From Candidatus Thorarchaeota archaeon (GTDB lineage: Archaea; Asgardarchaeota; Thorarchaeia; Thorarchaeales; Thorarchaeaceae): a stretch of 64,000 bases of DNA. Below, piece by piece: positions 18,291 through 27,968 of the stretch; the first letter of the stretch is position 1, and every line of letters begins with the position of its first letter. The position numbers and the translations under genes are program-made. The notes beneath the pieces were generated by a model. It did not search any database. It was given only the letters and a program-made list of their open reading frames with translations, and was not told the DNA's origin. The stretch covers positions 14,465 through 78,464 of the forward strand of contig JBHLQH010000016.1 in NCBI GenBank assembly GCA_048884965.1. The letters are read 5' to 3'.

Positions 18291-19492
18291 CGCAGTAGCC
18301 GTAAGGACTTCAAAGGATAGTGTCTAAGCATCCGTTTGGTAATATCAAATCTGATCTTGTTGATGGATCTCGCACCCAACGCCAAATCTATCATGTAATC
18401 TTGTAAGATTGGATCATTCTCTGCAAGCTCACACACAAGCTCTACTTTTTCCCTCGACTTATAGGCTAGATTGGATACGAAATTCGCGGCGTTGAACTCA
18501 GTCTTCATCTCATGCTTCAGTCTGTGATCATAGAGCGCAACATGTAGTGGATTCTTATCTTGGACAGCCTCAAAGGCAACCTGCCCTGCGATGATCCCCG
18601 AGCGGATAGCATAGTATATCCCCTCACCAGTAATGGGAGATACTAAGCCTGCAGCATCACCAATGAGCATCGTACGTCGAGTTGTTAATCGCTTATCGAA
18701 TCTGGCAAGAGGTACCCTATGAGCGCTATGTTTGGGTATGTCAAGTTTGATATCTTTCTCCTCTTCAAAACGGCGAACAAATCCTTTCCAGGCATCTCGC
18801 AGATTCGATATCTGATGCTTCATCTTATAGCCAATTCCAAGACTAATCTCATCACGTTTAGGAAAACACCAGCCATATCCATATTCGATGGCCCACGGAT
18901 ACATCTCAATCGCTAGATTTCCTTGCGATTCATCTGGAGCTAAGATTCTCTGTATCTCATCTGGAGGTAGAGGAATATCTGCAGCAATACACAATGCCAC
19001 TCTTTCAGGAGGCCATTTGGTTCTCATACCAAGGCTACGAGCGACCACGCTATTAACACCATCAGCACCTACAAGCAAGTGACCCTTGAAAGAGTCACCA
19101 TGCGATAATATGCGGATGCCTTTCCTGATTTGCTCAACCGATTTGATTTCAGTTCCATCAACTACCTCGACTCCAGCATCTCTTGCCTTGTCAAGTAGTA
19201 GTGTATCGAACTCGTCTCGTTTCACCAAGAATCCTTTTGCATCGTCCCGTACTATCACTATCTTTCGACCAGAGGGAGCGTAGACTATGGCACAGTGCAT
19301 ATCATGCTGTACAACCGAAGAGATATCAAAATCGAGCGTATTGATGATACGAGGGCTTAGAGCTCCGCCACATAGCTTATCCCGCGGAACTTCCTCCTTC
19401 TCAATAAGGACTACATCTAATCCCTTTCGGGCAGCTTCACGAGCACACGTAGATCCTGCAGGTCCACCTCCAACGACCATCAAATCATACAC
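18287..19492 (-). CDS. Geranylgeranyl reductase family FAD oxidoreductase
   Basis: VGGGPAGS, PRDKLCGG, RDEFD, GADG, YGWCFPK, GDAAG.VSPITGEGI. Confidence 0.9.
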   Translation of the reverse strand: MYDLMVVGGGPAGSTCAREAARKGLDVVLIEKEEVPRDKLCGGALSPRIINTLDFDISSVVQHDMHCAIVYAPSGRKIVIVRDDAKGFLVKRDEFDTLLLDKARDAGVEVVDGTEIKSVEQIRKGIRILSHGDSFKGHLLVGADGVNSVVARSLGMRTKWPPERVALCIAADIPLPPDEIQRILAPDESQGNLAIEMYPWAIEYGYGWCFPKRDEISLGIGYKMKHQISNLRDAWKGFVRRFEEEKDIKLDIPKHSAHRVPLARFDKRLTTRRTMLIGDAAGLVSPITGEGIYYAIRSGIIAGQVAFEAVQDKNPLHVALYDHRLKHEMKTEFNAANFVSNLAYKSREKVELVCELAENDPILQDYMIDLALGARSINKIRFDITKRMLRHYPLKSLRLLR

Positions 19493-19522
19493 ACAATAAC
19501 ACTCCAGAACTCATCTTCGTTT

Positions 19523-20620
19523 ATGTCAACATGGTTAAATTGGTCTTTTCTTTTGACGGTTTCTGAGGGAATCGGGTTGCCAGAAAAGAAAAAGGTCTGT
19601 ATCATAGCGACAGGTGGCACAATTGCAAGTGTAAATGATGAAAAAACCCATTCCCTGAGACCGGGACTCAGAGTAGATCAGCTTATAGCTACGCTTCCTA
19701 AAGGGATGACTGAGATTAGAGTCATTCAACGGGATCTTATGCAGATGGACTCGGCTAATCTTCAACCGCACCACTGGCAAGAGATATCATCTGAGATCAA
19801 ACGTGCAAGCGAGGAGATTAGAGACCTGCGTGGTATTATCGTCACGCATGGCACAGATACAATGGTATACTCTGCCTCTGCGGTAAGCTTCATGATCCAA
19901 GATCTAGGAATTCCTGTTGTATTCACAGGCTCTCAGATTCCTGCGAGTATCCCATGGAGTGACGGTCCAAGGAACCTTCTTGATGCAATTCGTCTTGCTG
20001 CCTTTGCAGACCTCGGAGAAACATGTATTGTGTTCAACGGTGAGATTCATCGCCCGACGAGGACAAAGAAGACCCGAGTGAATACCTATGATGCATTTGA
20101 TTCGATGGACCCAAGACCCCTAGGAGTAATGGCTAGGGATATCATCCTCTATGAGGGAAGGAAACCACGTCATAATCTATTACCCAAATTCGATATGAAG
20201 CTGGATGATCGTGTATTCCTTCTGAAAGTATTTCCTGGAATTCCACCTCGAATTCTAGGAAGGATTGCAGATATGGGATATCATGGAATTGTGATTGAGG
20301 GATATGGAGAAGGCACTATCCCAAGCCAAGAGAATGCTCTTGCCGCTGGAATTAGCCAAGCAATCGCTGAAGGGTGCTTTGTGGTGATCAGTTCCCAATG
20401 TACGTATGGCGATGCGGATCTTTCCGTGTATGAAGTAGGACGAGCAGCATTAGAGGTAGGAGCGATGGGTGCTCACGATATGACATCAGAAGCGGCTCTA
20501 GTGAAATTAGCCTGGGTTCTTGGACATTCGAGAGACCCTGTTGTAGTCAGGAAGATGATGCGGACAAACTATGTCGGAGAGATATCCTACAGACTGGATG
20601 ACTCGTCAGTAGATGTCTAA
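19523..20620 (+). CDS. ansA: Type I L-asparaginase
   Basis: ATGGTIAS, DS, HGTDTM, TGSQ; true start is probably downstream (about 19577). Confidence 0.92.
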   Translation: MSTWLNWSFLLTVSEGIGLPEKKKVCIIATGGTIASVNDEKTHSLRPGLRVDQLIATLPKGMTEIRVIQRDLMQMDSANLQPHHWQEISSEIKRASEEIRDLRGIIVTHGTDTMVYSASAVSFMIQDLGIPVVFTGSQIPASIPWSDGPRNLLDAIRLAAFADLGETCIVFNGEIHRPTRTKKTRVNTYDAFDSMDPRPLGVMARDIILYEGRKPRHNLLPKFDMKLDDRVFLLKVFPGIPPRILGRIADMGYHGIVIEGYGEGTIPSQENALAAGISQAIAEGCFVVISSQCTYGDADLSVYEVGRAALEVGAMGAHDMTSEAALVKLAWVLGHSRDPVVVRKMMRTNYVGEISYRLDDSSVDV

Positions 20621-20689
20621 GACGTTGCAGAAAGGATTTACAGTGATGCCGTCATCCTTAAATCAGTACCATTGTTCTCCAGAAATTAA

Positions 20690-20810
20690 GCCGAGGTAGC
20701 CAAGCCTGGATCACGGCGACAGCCTGGAATCCACGGTTGTCTTCGCGACCGTCGCCTAGACAGCTGTTCTCCAATAGGAGGCATGAGTTCGAATCTCATC
20801 CTCGGCGCCA
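20690..20810 (+). tRNA. tRNA-Ser(GGA) with a 32-nt intron at 37/38 (20730-20761) and encoded CCA
   Basis: Acceptor stem GCCGAGG/CCTCGGC, G73, CCA; anticodon stem ACAGC/GCTGT with loop CT-GGA-A^A; long variable arm; T-loop TTCGAAT. Confidence 0.93.
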
Positions 20811-20834
20811 TCTTCTATTCGAAATGCTTGGGAA

Positions 20835-21122
20835 TCAAGCTGAGTGAGGCTGCTTTGGCCTATCAGAGCTGGTCAGTAGTATCTTCTGGCCAAGATATAT
20901 TCTGCATTTCGTGCAGTTGCAGCTACCTTCCTTATGCACATGGTAGCCAACATTCGTAGTACGCGGTGAGGAGGTTCTTGTCGATACGACCTTTCCACAC
21001 AATGTGACATAGAGATCTTTCTCTCTCTGTCCATGCCATCTTCCTGCGATGTGACATAAGTCACCCTCTTTTTGGACGTACACTTTTCCCCGCGGTAGGA
21101 TTTGCAATTCATCCTTCCTCAT
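20835..21122 (-). CDS. Small Cys/His-containing hypothetical protein
   Basis: 95-aa ORF with H..TLCGK..CTKC, possible metal-binding site. Confidence 0.4.
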   Translation of the reverse strand: MRKDELQILPRGKVYVQKEGDLCHIAGRWHGQREKDLYVTLCGKVVSTRTSSPRTTNVGYHVHKEGSCNCTKCRIYLGQKILLTSSDRPKQPHSA

Positions 21123-21302
21123 AGATATTATGGTAATTTGTTAAAAAAAGGGCTTCTATTACGTAATATCTGCGTTAATGGGTTCTTTGACTTCATCCAA
21201 ATACAGTTTAAATCAGGGAGTCCACGAAATGTCCAAGATAGAATCTTTATCGTGTGTTACTAAGAGATATAGAACTTCTAGGATGACTCTGGTGGACCAT
21301 CA

Positions 21303-22226
21303 ATGATACACACTACGTTACTGATACGTTTGAAAAGCAAGCGAACAGTAGCGAGTACTAGATATTGGACGACAAACGTGGCAAGGAAGGATATCGTTGA
21401 GTACTTGAAGTTGCGAGAGAAGGTACAGGAGGTAGCTGATGGTCGCCAAGATATCCCTCTAATCATTGAGGAGAACAAGTTCTTCAGTCAGATGTGTGGG
21501 TCTGACCTGCTCTTGATTTTTATTACAGATGTGGATGAAGTAGATAGATCTGTGAATGAGAAGATAAGAAATGCAGCTGCATCCTTAGAACGGATTATTG
21601 ACAAATTCACGATAAATCATATCAAAGAGACCTATGAGAAGAACATTGCACAGTTCGTTCATTCTCGATTGAAGATAGCGCTTGTTGGAGAAGGTGGTGT
21701 TGGAAAGACGACCACGCTTCACCTCTTGATGGGTAGGGCACCTCCAACGCAGTATATCCCTACTATTGCGTTGGGTATGGAAACCATCGAGAATATCCAT
21801 TTTGCGAACTACTCTCTGGTCATCTGGGATTTTGCCGGACAAGAGAGATTTCGGCGACTATGGAAGTTCTATTTCAAAGGAGCTGACATCGTCTTCTTGC
21901 TCTCTGATTCCACCCTCAGAAATGTTCTCTTATCCAAAGAGATGTATCAGATGATAAAACGGGATGCACCTAATGTTCCTGTCGTTGTGATTGCCAACAA
22001 ACAGGATAAGCCAAATGCGTTGGACCCATCGATCATACAGCGGATTATTGGGGTTGAAACCCATCCAATGGTGGCAATAGACATCGCCTATCGAGATGAG
22101 ATTTTGGAGATTCTACTGAATACTGCTGCGAATCACGTGAACGTAACCGTTCCCGACCTCCCCGCGGAAGAGCTCTTGCGATTTATTGATGAAGAGGAGC
22201 TGGATAAGACTGCGCAAGGTGAGTGA
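21303..22226 (+). CDS. Small GTPase (Arf/Rab-like) with N-terminal longin-like domain
   Basis: G1 GEGGVGKT, G2 PTI, G3 WDFAGQ, G4 NKQD; about 120-aa alpha/beta N-terminal region. Confidence 0.85.
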   Translation: MIHTTLLIRLKSKRTVASTRYWTTNVARKDIVEYLKLREKVQEVADGRQDIPLIIEENKFFSQMCGSDLLLIFITDVDEVDRSVNEKIRNAAASLERIIDKFTINHIKETYEKNIAQFVHSRLKIALVGEGGVGKTTTLHLLMGRAPPTQYIPTIALGMETIENIHFANYSLVIWDFAGQERFRRLWKFYFKGADIVFLLSDSTLRNVLLSKEMYQMIKRDAPNVPVVVIANKQDKPNALDPSIIQRIIGVETHPMVAIDIAYRDEILEILLNTAANHVNVTVPDLPAEELLRFIDEEELDKTAQGE

Positions 22227-22243
22227 CCTGAATAACAGCCACT

Positions 22244-22687
22244 CTACCCACCTGCAGGCTTCACAAACCATTCGCTTTCACGAGTCACTTTGACAAATCC
22301 AAGAATTAGGTTCCCTCTCTTGTCATCGAACTCATAGACTCCAAAAGTATGTTTCTCAGAGTCCTCACGAACCTCAAGCCATCCCCTTTGAAGGTAATGT
22401 CTAAAGACATCTCTGCATTGTCTGCGAACTTGTGAGAAGAGATTGCGGTATCGCCTCCGTTGAGATGAACGAATACCCCATCTCTCAAAGATGAATTGAT
22501 TTGCTAGGGTATTGCTTGAAATCAATGTTGATGTCTTGTTCTTCTCAGAGTTGAGAATTGCCACTCTGAGCTTTTCCTTCAGTACATCAGGTACTGCAGC
22601 AAGAACTGAAGGACTTGGATCGTGAGGTATAGCACCATCACTATTTTCAAATTCATTTGGGTCGCGCGGCAAATTGGATCTCTCCAA
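22244..22687 (-). CDS. Hypothetical protein
   Basis: 147-aa ORF filling the gap between the GTPase and rps13. Confidence 0.5.
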   Translation of the reverse strand: MERSNLPRDPNEFENSDGAIPHDPSPSVLAAVPDVLKEKLRVAILNSEKNKTSTLISSNTLANQFIFERWGIRSSQRRRYRNLFSQVRRQCRDVFRHYLQRGWLEVREDSEKHTFGVYEFDDKRGNLILGFVKVTRESEWFVKPAGG

Positions 22688-22809
22688 AGGTATAATCGCA
22701 CAATTCCTTATAGAGGCCTCGAAATTTCACTTTGTCTGATGATAAGTATTATAAGGAGACTTCAGAGAGCGAAGCAGGCCTCATGACTATCCACCTGAGG
22801 TTAGATACC

Positions 22810-23262
22810 ATGTCCGAACAAGAATACAAACACATCGTACGAATGGCCGGTCACGACATAGATGGCCAAGAGAACCTACTCCAAGGAATGACCAGAGTTA
22901 GAGGAGTTGGTGTCAGAATATCCAAGAGCATCATTAAGAGGCTCAACCTAGACCCTTCAAAGCGTCTAGGATATCTTACTGATGATGAGATTCATAGGAT
23001 AGAGAACATCATCAAAAACCCTATAGAAGTAGACATGCCTGATTGGTACGTGAATCGCCCTCGAGACAGAATGTCGGGCAGAATGCTGCATTTGATTGGA
23101 TCGGACTTGGATTTTGCTAATAAAAACGATATTGATAGACTCAAGAGAATTAAATCATGGCGTGGAACACGACACTCTTTGGGTCTTAAGGTGAGAGGCC
23201 AGCATACTCGCACTACTGGACGAGGTGGTGCCGCAGTTGGTGTATCACGTAAGAAAGCATAG
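22810..23262 (+). CDS. rps13: 30S ribosomal protein uS13
   Basis: HIVRMAGHDIDG, SWRGTRH..GLKVRGQHTRTTGR; start ATG 22810. Confidence 0.97.
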   Translation: MSEQEYKHIVRMAGHDIDGQENLLQGMTRVRGVGVRISKSIIKRLNLDPSKRLGYLTDDEIHRIENIIKNPIEVDMPDWYVNRPRDRMSGRMLHLIGSDLDFANKNDIDRLKRIKSWRGTRHSLGLKVRGQHTRTTGRGGAAVGVSRKKA

Positions 23263-23273
23263 GTGAGTAGATT

Positions 23274-23897
23274 ATGGGAGATCCAAGACGCCAGAAGAAG
23301 AAGTACGTGACCCCCAAGAGACCCTTCGATACCGAAAGGTTCGAACAGGAACTCGAAATGATTGGTTCATTTGGTCTGAGGAACAAGCGTGAGTTGTGGA
23401 AGCATAGGACGGAGCTGTCAAGATATCGAAGAACTGCAAGGAATCTCCTAGCACTACCAGCTAGCGAGCGTAAGCAGATGGAGAGCGAGCTTGTTAACAA
23501 ACTGGCAAGAATTGGCATACTGAGAGCAGAGCCAGTTCTTGATAGCGTCCTTGACTTAACACTTGAGAACGTTCTTGACCGCCGCCTTCAGACGATCATC
23601 TTCAGAAAGGGATATGCTTGCTCTATGTATCATGCTCGTCAACTAGTTACTCACGGACATATCTCACTTGATGGTGTTCGTGTAAATACACCGGGCAGGA
23701 TGATCACAGTAGAGGAGGAGGAACGGTTAGAGTACAGTAGACGATCACCCTTACAGGATGAATCGCACCCTGCACGAATTGCAGCTTCTGATATTGCAAG
23801 GCGTGTCGTTCCAGAACCTATGGATGATATTGACCGTGCAGAAAGAGAGCCACGTCCACATGATGGGGAAAATACTAGCTTTGGAGATGACGAGTAA
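23274..23897 (+). CDS. rps4: 30S ribosomal protein uS4
   Basis: [37 protein letters not shown]. Confidence 0.97.
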   Translation: MGDPRRQKKKYVTPKRPFDTERFEQELEMIGSFGLRNKRELWKHRTELSRYRRTARNLLALPASERKQMESELVNKLARIGILRAEPVLDSVLDLTLENVLDRRLQTIIFRKGYACSMYHARQLVTHGHISLDGVRVNTPGRMITVEEEERLEYSRRSPLQDESHPARIAASDIARRVVPEPMDDIDRAEREPRPHDGENTSFGDDE

Positions 23898-24292
23898 TGA
23901 GCGAAGAGAGAAACAAGTGGGGAATAGCCCATATTTACGCTTCATACAACGACACGATCATTCATATTTCAGACATCACAGGCGCTGAAACAATCTCTCG
24001 TGTTTCAGGTGGTATGATGGTCAAAGCAGACCGTAATGAGTCATCCCCCCATGCAGCCATGCAAGCAGCATTTCAGGCAGCCCGCGAAGCCAAGGATAAA
24101 GGCATCTATGGCATCCATATCCGAGTTCGAGCACCCGGAGGTCATGGTCCAAAGACTCCCGGACCTGGTGCACAAGCAGCAATCCGTGCGCTTAGCAGAG
24201 CAGGGCTGAGAATCGGTATAATTGATGAAGTCACTCCTATGCCCCACGATGGTACACGAAAGCCCGGTGGACGCAGAGGACGACGAGTATAA
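23897..24292 (+). CDS. rps11: 30S ribosomal protein uS11
   Basis: [33 protein letters not shown]. Confidence 0.98.
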   Translation: MSEERNKWGIAHIYASYNDTIIHISDITGAETISRVSGGMMVKADRNESSPHAAMQAAFQAAREAKDKGIYGIHIRVRAPGGHGPKTPGPGAQAAIRALSRAGLRIGIIDEVTPMPHDGTRKPGGRRGRRV

Positions 24293-24315
24293 TCAACTCA
24301 GTTTTTTGCATAACC

Positions 24316-25653
24316 CTAATCCCATGGGTTGTGCCACATTTCTATCAGCTCAGATGAGAAACGGTTCGCCTTACCAATTCGAGCGTGAGGACGTGTCAGA
24401 TGTCTTTGCGCTCGAGGTTGGGGTAAGTAATATCCCAATTGCAAATCTCGCGGTATCAACTGCGACTCTTTCACCAGTTCTTTCTCGATATGTCCACAGT
24501 GAGGACATTTGAATCCCTTATCCTTCCCGGCACTCTTCATTCGTTTCCCGCACTGATGGCACATTGGATTTGAGTATTCTATATGATCTATCAAGTATGT
24601 GATTTCCATTCCCTCAACGTTGAGAGTCATGTCATGGGAGGAGGAAGAGGGTCGCACACCCACATGAAGAGACAGTCTATCGCCTACTCTCAATTTCATC
24701 ACATCCCAACGAAAAATTCCTGTAGGCTCGTAGGCGGCACATTGAATCGAATCATTAGAATCTGCTACTTTGAATAGAACATGTCCTCCAGATACGATTC
24801 GCGGGGTTGAAACAACCTGTCCTGACACGCTTGCAGACATGTAGGGTCTGAGCTCGGATAGAGAGAGATGCTGGGAAAGGTGCTCTCCTGTCCCTTGATT
24901 CGTTCTGAAGATTAGCCATCGATCGACTGCTTGTGAAGTTGATATATACGAAGCCGCTTCCAAAACATCCTGTGGTTGCTCACCTCGTATCCCATATAGA
25001 ACAGGATCAGGACCCTGAGGTTCAATCAAGATGGACCCATCGATGGGATCGAGATTGGAGAAGGTGCGAGGACCCATCAGTTCATTCATTTTCTCCACGG
25101 AAGATGTGTCTACTCCTCGCGCATTCTGTGTTTCGCTCATCTTTCGATAGGCAAGGTACTCGTATGTATGGTCACCAATCAAACCATGACCGACAGCAGC
25201 AAGGGCACCAACAATTCCTTGTCCATTGCCAAAGGAGAAATGAGCAAGATGATTATCTTCTATAATTCTCAATGCCAGAGATCTAGGTACTGTGCGCCAA
25301 AGCGCTTTTCGTGAGAAGGCGTTGACTGAGGGAGGCACATCCCCAGTTAGAATAGCAACACCAGGATTTGTATTTGGATAGCTAATATCGGAGTACTCCT
25401 GAATCATGTTAGATAGCAAGGAAATGACGCCATCAATCTCCTGGGAATCGATGGTGGCTGAAAGACAGACTCCTCCATTCCCCCGAGTCCTATAGGGGAT
25501 ATTTGGGTTTAACCTAATCAGGTGCGGATAGTCCCTCCATGCTTCAACTATAGGGTCTAATCTTTCAATAAGCAATGAAGCGAAATGCGTCGTGCATCCG
25601 CCATTTGGACTATCGATGTCATCCATCCCCAAATAGATCGATTCCAAAACCAT
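24316..25653 (-). CDS. tiaS: tRNA(Ile2) 2-agmatinylcytidine synthetase
   Basis: GMDDIDSPNGGCTT, LIRLNPNIPYRTRGNG, DPVLYGIRG, TNQGT, AYEPTG, Zn ribbon, RHLTRP. Confidence 0.96.
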   Translation of the reverse strand: MVLESIYLGMDDIDSPNGGCTTHFASLLIERLDPIVEAWRDYPHLIRLNPNIPYRTRGNGGVCLSATIDSQEIDGVISLLSNMIQEYSDISYPNTNPGVAILTGDVPPSVNAFSRKALWRTVPRSLALRIIEDNHLAHFSFGNGQGIVGALAAVGHGLIGDHTYEYLAYRKMSETQNARGVDTSSVEKMNELMGPRTFSNLDPIDGSILIEPQGPDPVLYGIRGEQPQDVLEAASYISTSQAVDRWLIFRTNQGTGEHLSQHLSLSELRPYMSASVSGQVVSTPRIVSGGHVLFKVADSNDSIQCAAYEPTGIFRWDVMKLRVGDRLSLHVGVRPSSSSHDMTLNVEGMEITYLIDHIEYSNPMCHQCGKRMKSAGKDKGFKCPHCGHIEKELVKESQLIPRDLQLGYYLPQPRAQRHLTRPHARIGKANRFSSELIEMWHNPWD

Positions 25654-25655
25654 AG

Positions 25656-25922
25656 TTATTTCGCCTTACACTCTTTGCATGTAGTCACTTCATTCAAGCG
25701 GAAGCCGCAATCGCTGCACACCAGTTTCCCACATATGTTACAGGCTCTCGACGACAGATACTCACCGCATATGGTACATTTCGCCTCAGTACAAACATCA
25801 CATAGTCCCGTAGAAGGGGACATACATAATGAACATACCATCGAATTGCAGAGCATGCATCTGGAGAGTGGCTCCTTTTGTGCATCACAGATCTCGCATG
25901 CTTCAGATGTTTCTAGTACCAT
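25656..25922 (-). CDS. Small tandem zinc-finger protein (8 CxxC pairs)
   Basis: CEIC/CMLC/CSLC/CDVC and CTIC/CNIC/CSDC/CKEC; start reassigned to ATG 25922. Confidence 0.75.
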   Translation of the reverse strand: MVLETSEACEICDAQKEPLSRCMLCNSMVCSLCMSPSTGLCDVCTEAKCTICGEYLSSRACNICGKLVCSDCGFRLNEVTTCKECKAK

Positions 25923-25989
25923 TTCTCTCATCAGGTATAGCAGACCCATGGTAACACACAAATCTGTTGTGTATGAACCATATTCAGAC

Positions 25990-26529
25990 ATGCAAGACGA
26001 AGGAAAATTACCACGAATCATAATCTATCATGCCAGGCAATGTGATCCAAGCAAATGTACAGGAGTCAGACTTGGAAAACTTCACAAGGCAAAGATAGTA
26101 CATGATATGAGAAAATTATCGAGGGGTTCGATTGTACTCAATCCTGTATCCCAAATTGCATTGTCTCCAAGTGATAGGAATAGTATCATGCAATCAGGTA
26201 TAGTCGCATTGGATTGCTCATGGAAAAGGGCGGAGGAGATCTTCATGATGTCCTCCTATGGTGAGCAACGGGCTTTACCTTATCTCATCGCCGCCAATCC
26301 AATCAATACCTACAAGCCAATCAAGCTTTCTACAGCAGAAGCCATTTCAGCAGCTTTGTATATTACCGGATTCCAACTTGCTGCTGAGGACGTGATGTCC
26401 GCATTCAAGTGGGGGCCCTCGTTTCTAACGCTTAACAAAGAATGGCTTGACGATTACGCACAATGTTCGAATAGTACAGAAGTAGTCAAAGTGCAGACAG
26501 AGATTATGAGCGAACATACCAAATCCTAG
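25990..26529 (+). CDS. tsr3: rRNA aminocarboxypropyltransferase Tsr3
   Basis: QCDPSKCTG, LSPSD, LDCSW, RALPYLIAANPIN, LSTAEA, FKWG; start reassigned to ATG 25990. Confidence 0.95.
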   Translation: MQDEGKLPRIIIYHARQCDPSKCTGVRLGKLHKAKIVHDMRKLSRGSIVLNPVSQIALSPSDRNSIMQSGIVALDCSWKRAEEIFMMSSYGEQRALPYLIAANPINTYKPIKLSTAEAISAALYITGFQLAAEDVMSAFKWGPSFLTLNKEWLDDYAQCSNSTEVVKVQTEIMSEHTKS

Positions 26530-26538
26530 AACAAAGGA

Positions 26539-26885
26539 TAGGCTCCGGTCCAAGAATAACCCCAATTCTGTTTCATTCCTGACGTTACCGTGCAGGAACT
26601 ACGCAACATCGAACTATGCTCTCTACCCTATGCCTCAGGTCGACGCATCAGCGGCATATTCTTGAGATTGCTACCTAGTGATGGGTCGTTTCATCCTGGC
26701 CTAATGGATCCTCAGCGTCTTGATGTGCCGCGTCATTGTCACATCCAATCAGGAGGTGTCGTTTCTGTTCCCAGAGCGTGATTCTCACCACCCTGCTTTC
26801 ACAGGACCAGTGTCGACTTGTAGTTGGGAGTTTCCTCAGCTGTCACAATGGACTACCGTCAGTCGCGCCCTTGCTCCGGAGCCTA
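26539..26885 (-). ncRNA. rnpB: RNase P RNA (archaeal type A-like)
   Basis: P1 TAGGCTCCGG/CCGGAGCCTA; P2 GCGCGAC/GTTGCGT; P4 halves GAGGAAACTCCCAA and AACAGAATTGGGGTTA; conserved ACAGAAAC and GGATGAAACG; upstream TTTTTATC box. Confidence 0.93.
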
Positions 26886-26926
26886 CCTAATAAGTTCAGG
26901 ATTCTGATAAAAACCTTCAGAGTGTG

Positions 26927-27931
26927 CTATCTCTCCTTAGATTTCCACATGGAGGGATATCTACCTCGTTCCATGAGGACTCTCTCGGTTTCAGCTACGA
27001 TTCCAGTTTTTGCCTTTGATATACTGTCGCTGTCAAGCATGCTTTTCATTAAGGCCACTGCCTCACCCTTGAGGGACTTCAAGGCGATAAGGTCCCCTTT
27101 CTTTATGCCACTATGAAGATGAACCACTCCGCTTGCAGCGAGATTGGCTCCATGGCAGATAGCACCTACTGCACTATCCCGTATCACGATTTCAGGCAGA
27201 TGTTCAAGAGCTGACTCAATTGGCAGGATGAACTTGCGTAGCTCGGTCTCATCTCCATCTGTTTTCCAAAACTCGTATGCATCCTTCAAATCGTAAAGAG
27301 TACAAAGATGCTCATCTTCTTTGAATTTTCCAACTCGAGTTCGTCTTAATTCTCGCATGTGTCCTCCTACACCCAGGACTTCTCCTAAATCGAAGCAGAG
27401 CTTGCGGATATAGGTTCCTGCCTGGCAACCAACTCTGAAGAGGACAAGTCGGCCCTTGATCTCAATAATCTCGTTGTAGTAGATCTCTCTTACACGAAGG
27501 ACTCTCTTAACGGATGATCGCAAAGGAGGCTTTTGGTACAATTTGCCAGTGAACTCGGCCACGATCCGCCTAATTTCATCCTCAGGTGCAAGGTCATGCA
27601 ATTCCATAACACAGACATACTCCTTTCCTGCTGGAAGCAGAGCCTGCATGACTTTCGTTCCTTCACCTATTCCAAGGGGCAAAATACCTGTCACAGCGGG
27701 ATCTAAGGTCCCTGAGTGCCCGGCTCGATCGGAATTCACAATCTTTCGTACCCAGGTTGCCACCTCATGGCTAGTTGGACCTGCGGGCTTATCTAGGATG
27801 ATAACGCCATTCTGGAGTAGAAACTCTATTGGGAGATTTGTAATATCGGAAAAACCATAACTAGGATCAGTAGATTCCTCTGTCCTAATGATGGATTCCC
27901 GGGGTCTATCAGCAGGTAATGCGTTCGTCAT
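26927..27931 (-). CDS. cbf5: H/ACA pseudouridine synthase Cbf5/TruB
   Basis: LDKPAGPTSHEV, GHSGTLDP, GTYIRKLC, PUA domain. Confidence 0.97.
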   Translation of the reverse strand: MTNALPADRPRESIIRTEESTDPSYGFSDITNLPIEFLLQNGVIILDKPAGPTSHEVATWVRKIVNSDRAGHSGTLDPAVTGILPLGIGEGTKVMQALLPAGKEYVCVMELHDLAPEDEIRRIVAEFTGKLYQKPPLRSSVKRVLRVREIYYNEIIEIKGRLVLFRVGCQAGTYIRKLCFDLGEVLGVGGHMRELRRTRVGKFKEDEHLCTLYDLKDAYEFWKTDGDETELRKFILPIESALEHLPEIVIRDSAVGAICHGANLAASGVVHLHSGIKKGDLIALKSLKGEAVALMKSMLDSDSISKAKTGIVAETERVLMERGRYPSMWKSKER

Positions 27932-27968
27932 TGTTGAACACCGCTTATTCACGACCCCGGTAAAAGAA

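Noticed and set aside
20790-21122. Integration at the tRNA-Ser 3' end
   Set aside because: No duplicated tRNA 3' end or integrase was noticed in the window.
25585-25989. N-terminal extension of Tsr3 in the ORF track
   Set aside because: It overlaps the antisense Zn-finger gene and the tiaS start; Tsr3 homology begins at ATG 25990.
26590-27116. Plus-strand ORFs of 63 and 126 aa
   Set aside because: They are antisense to the RNase P RNA and cbf5.
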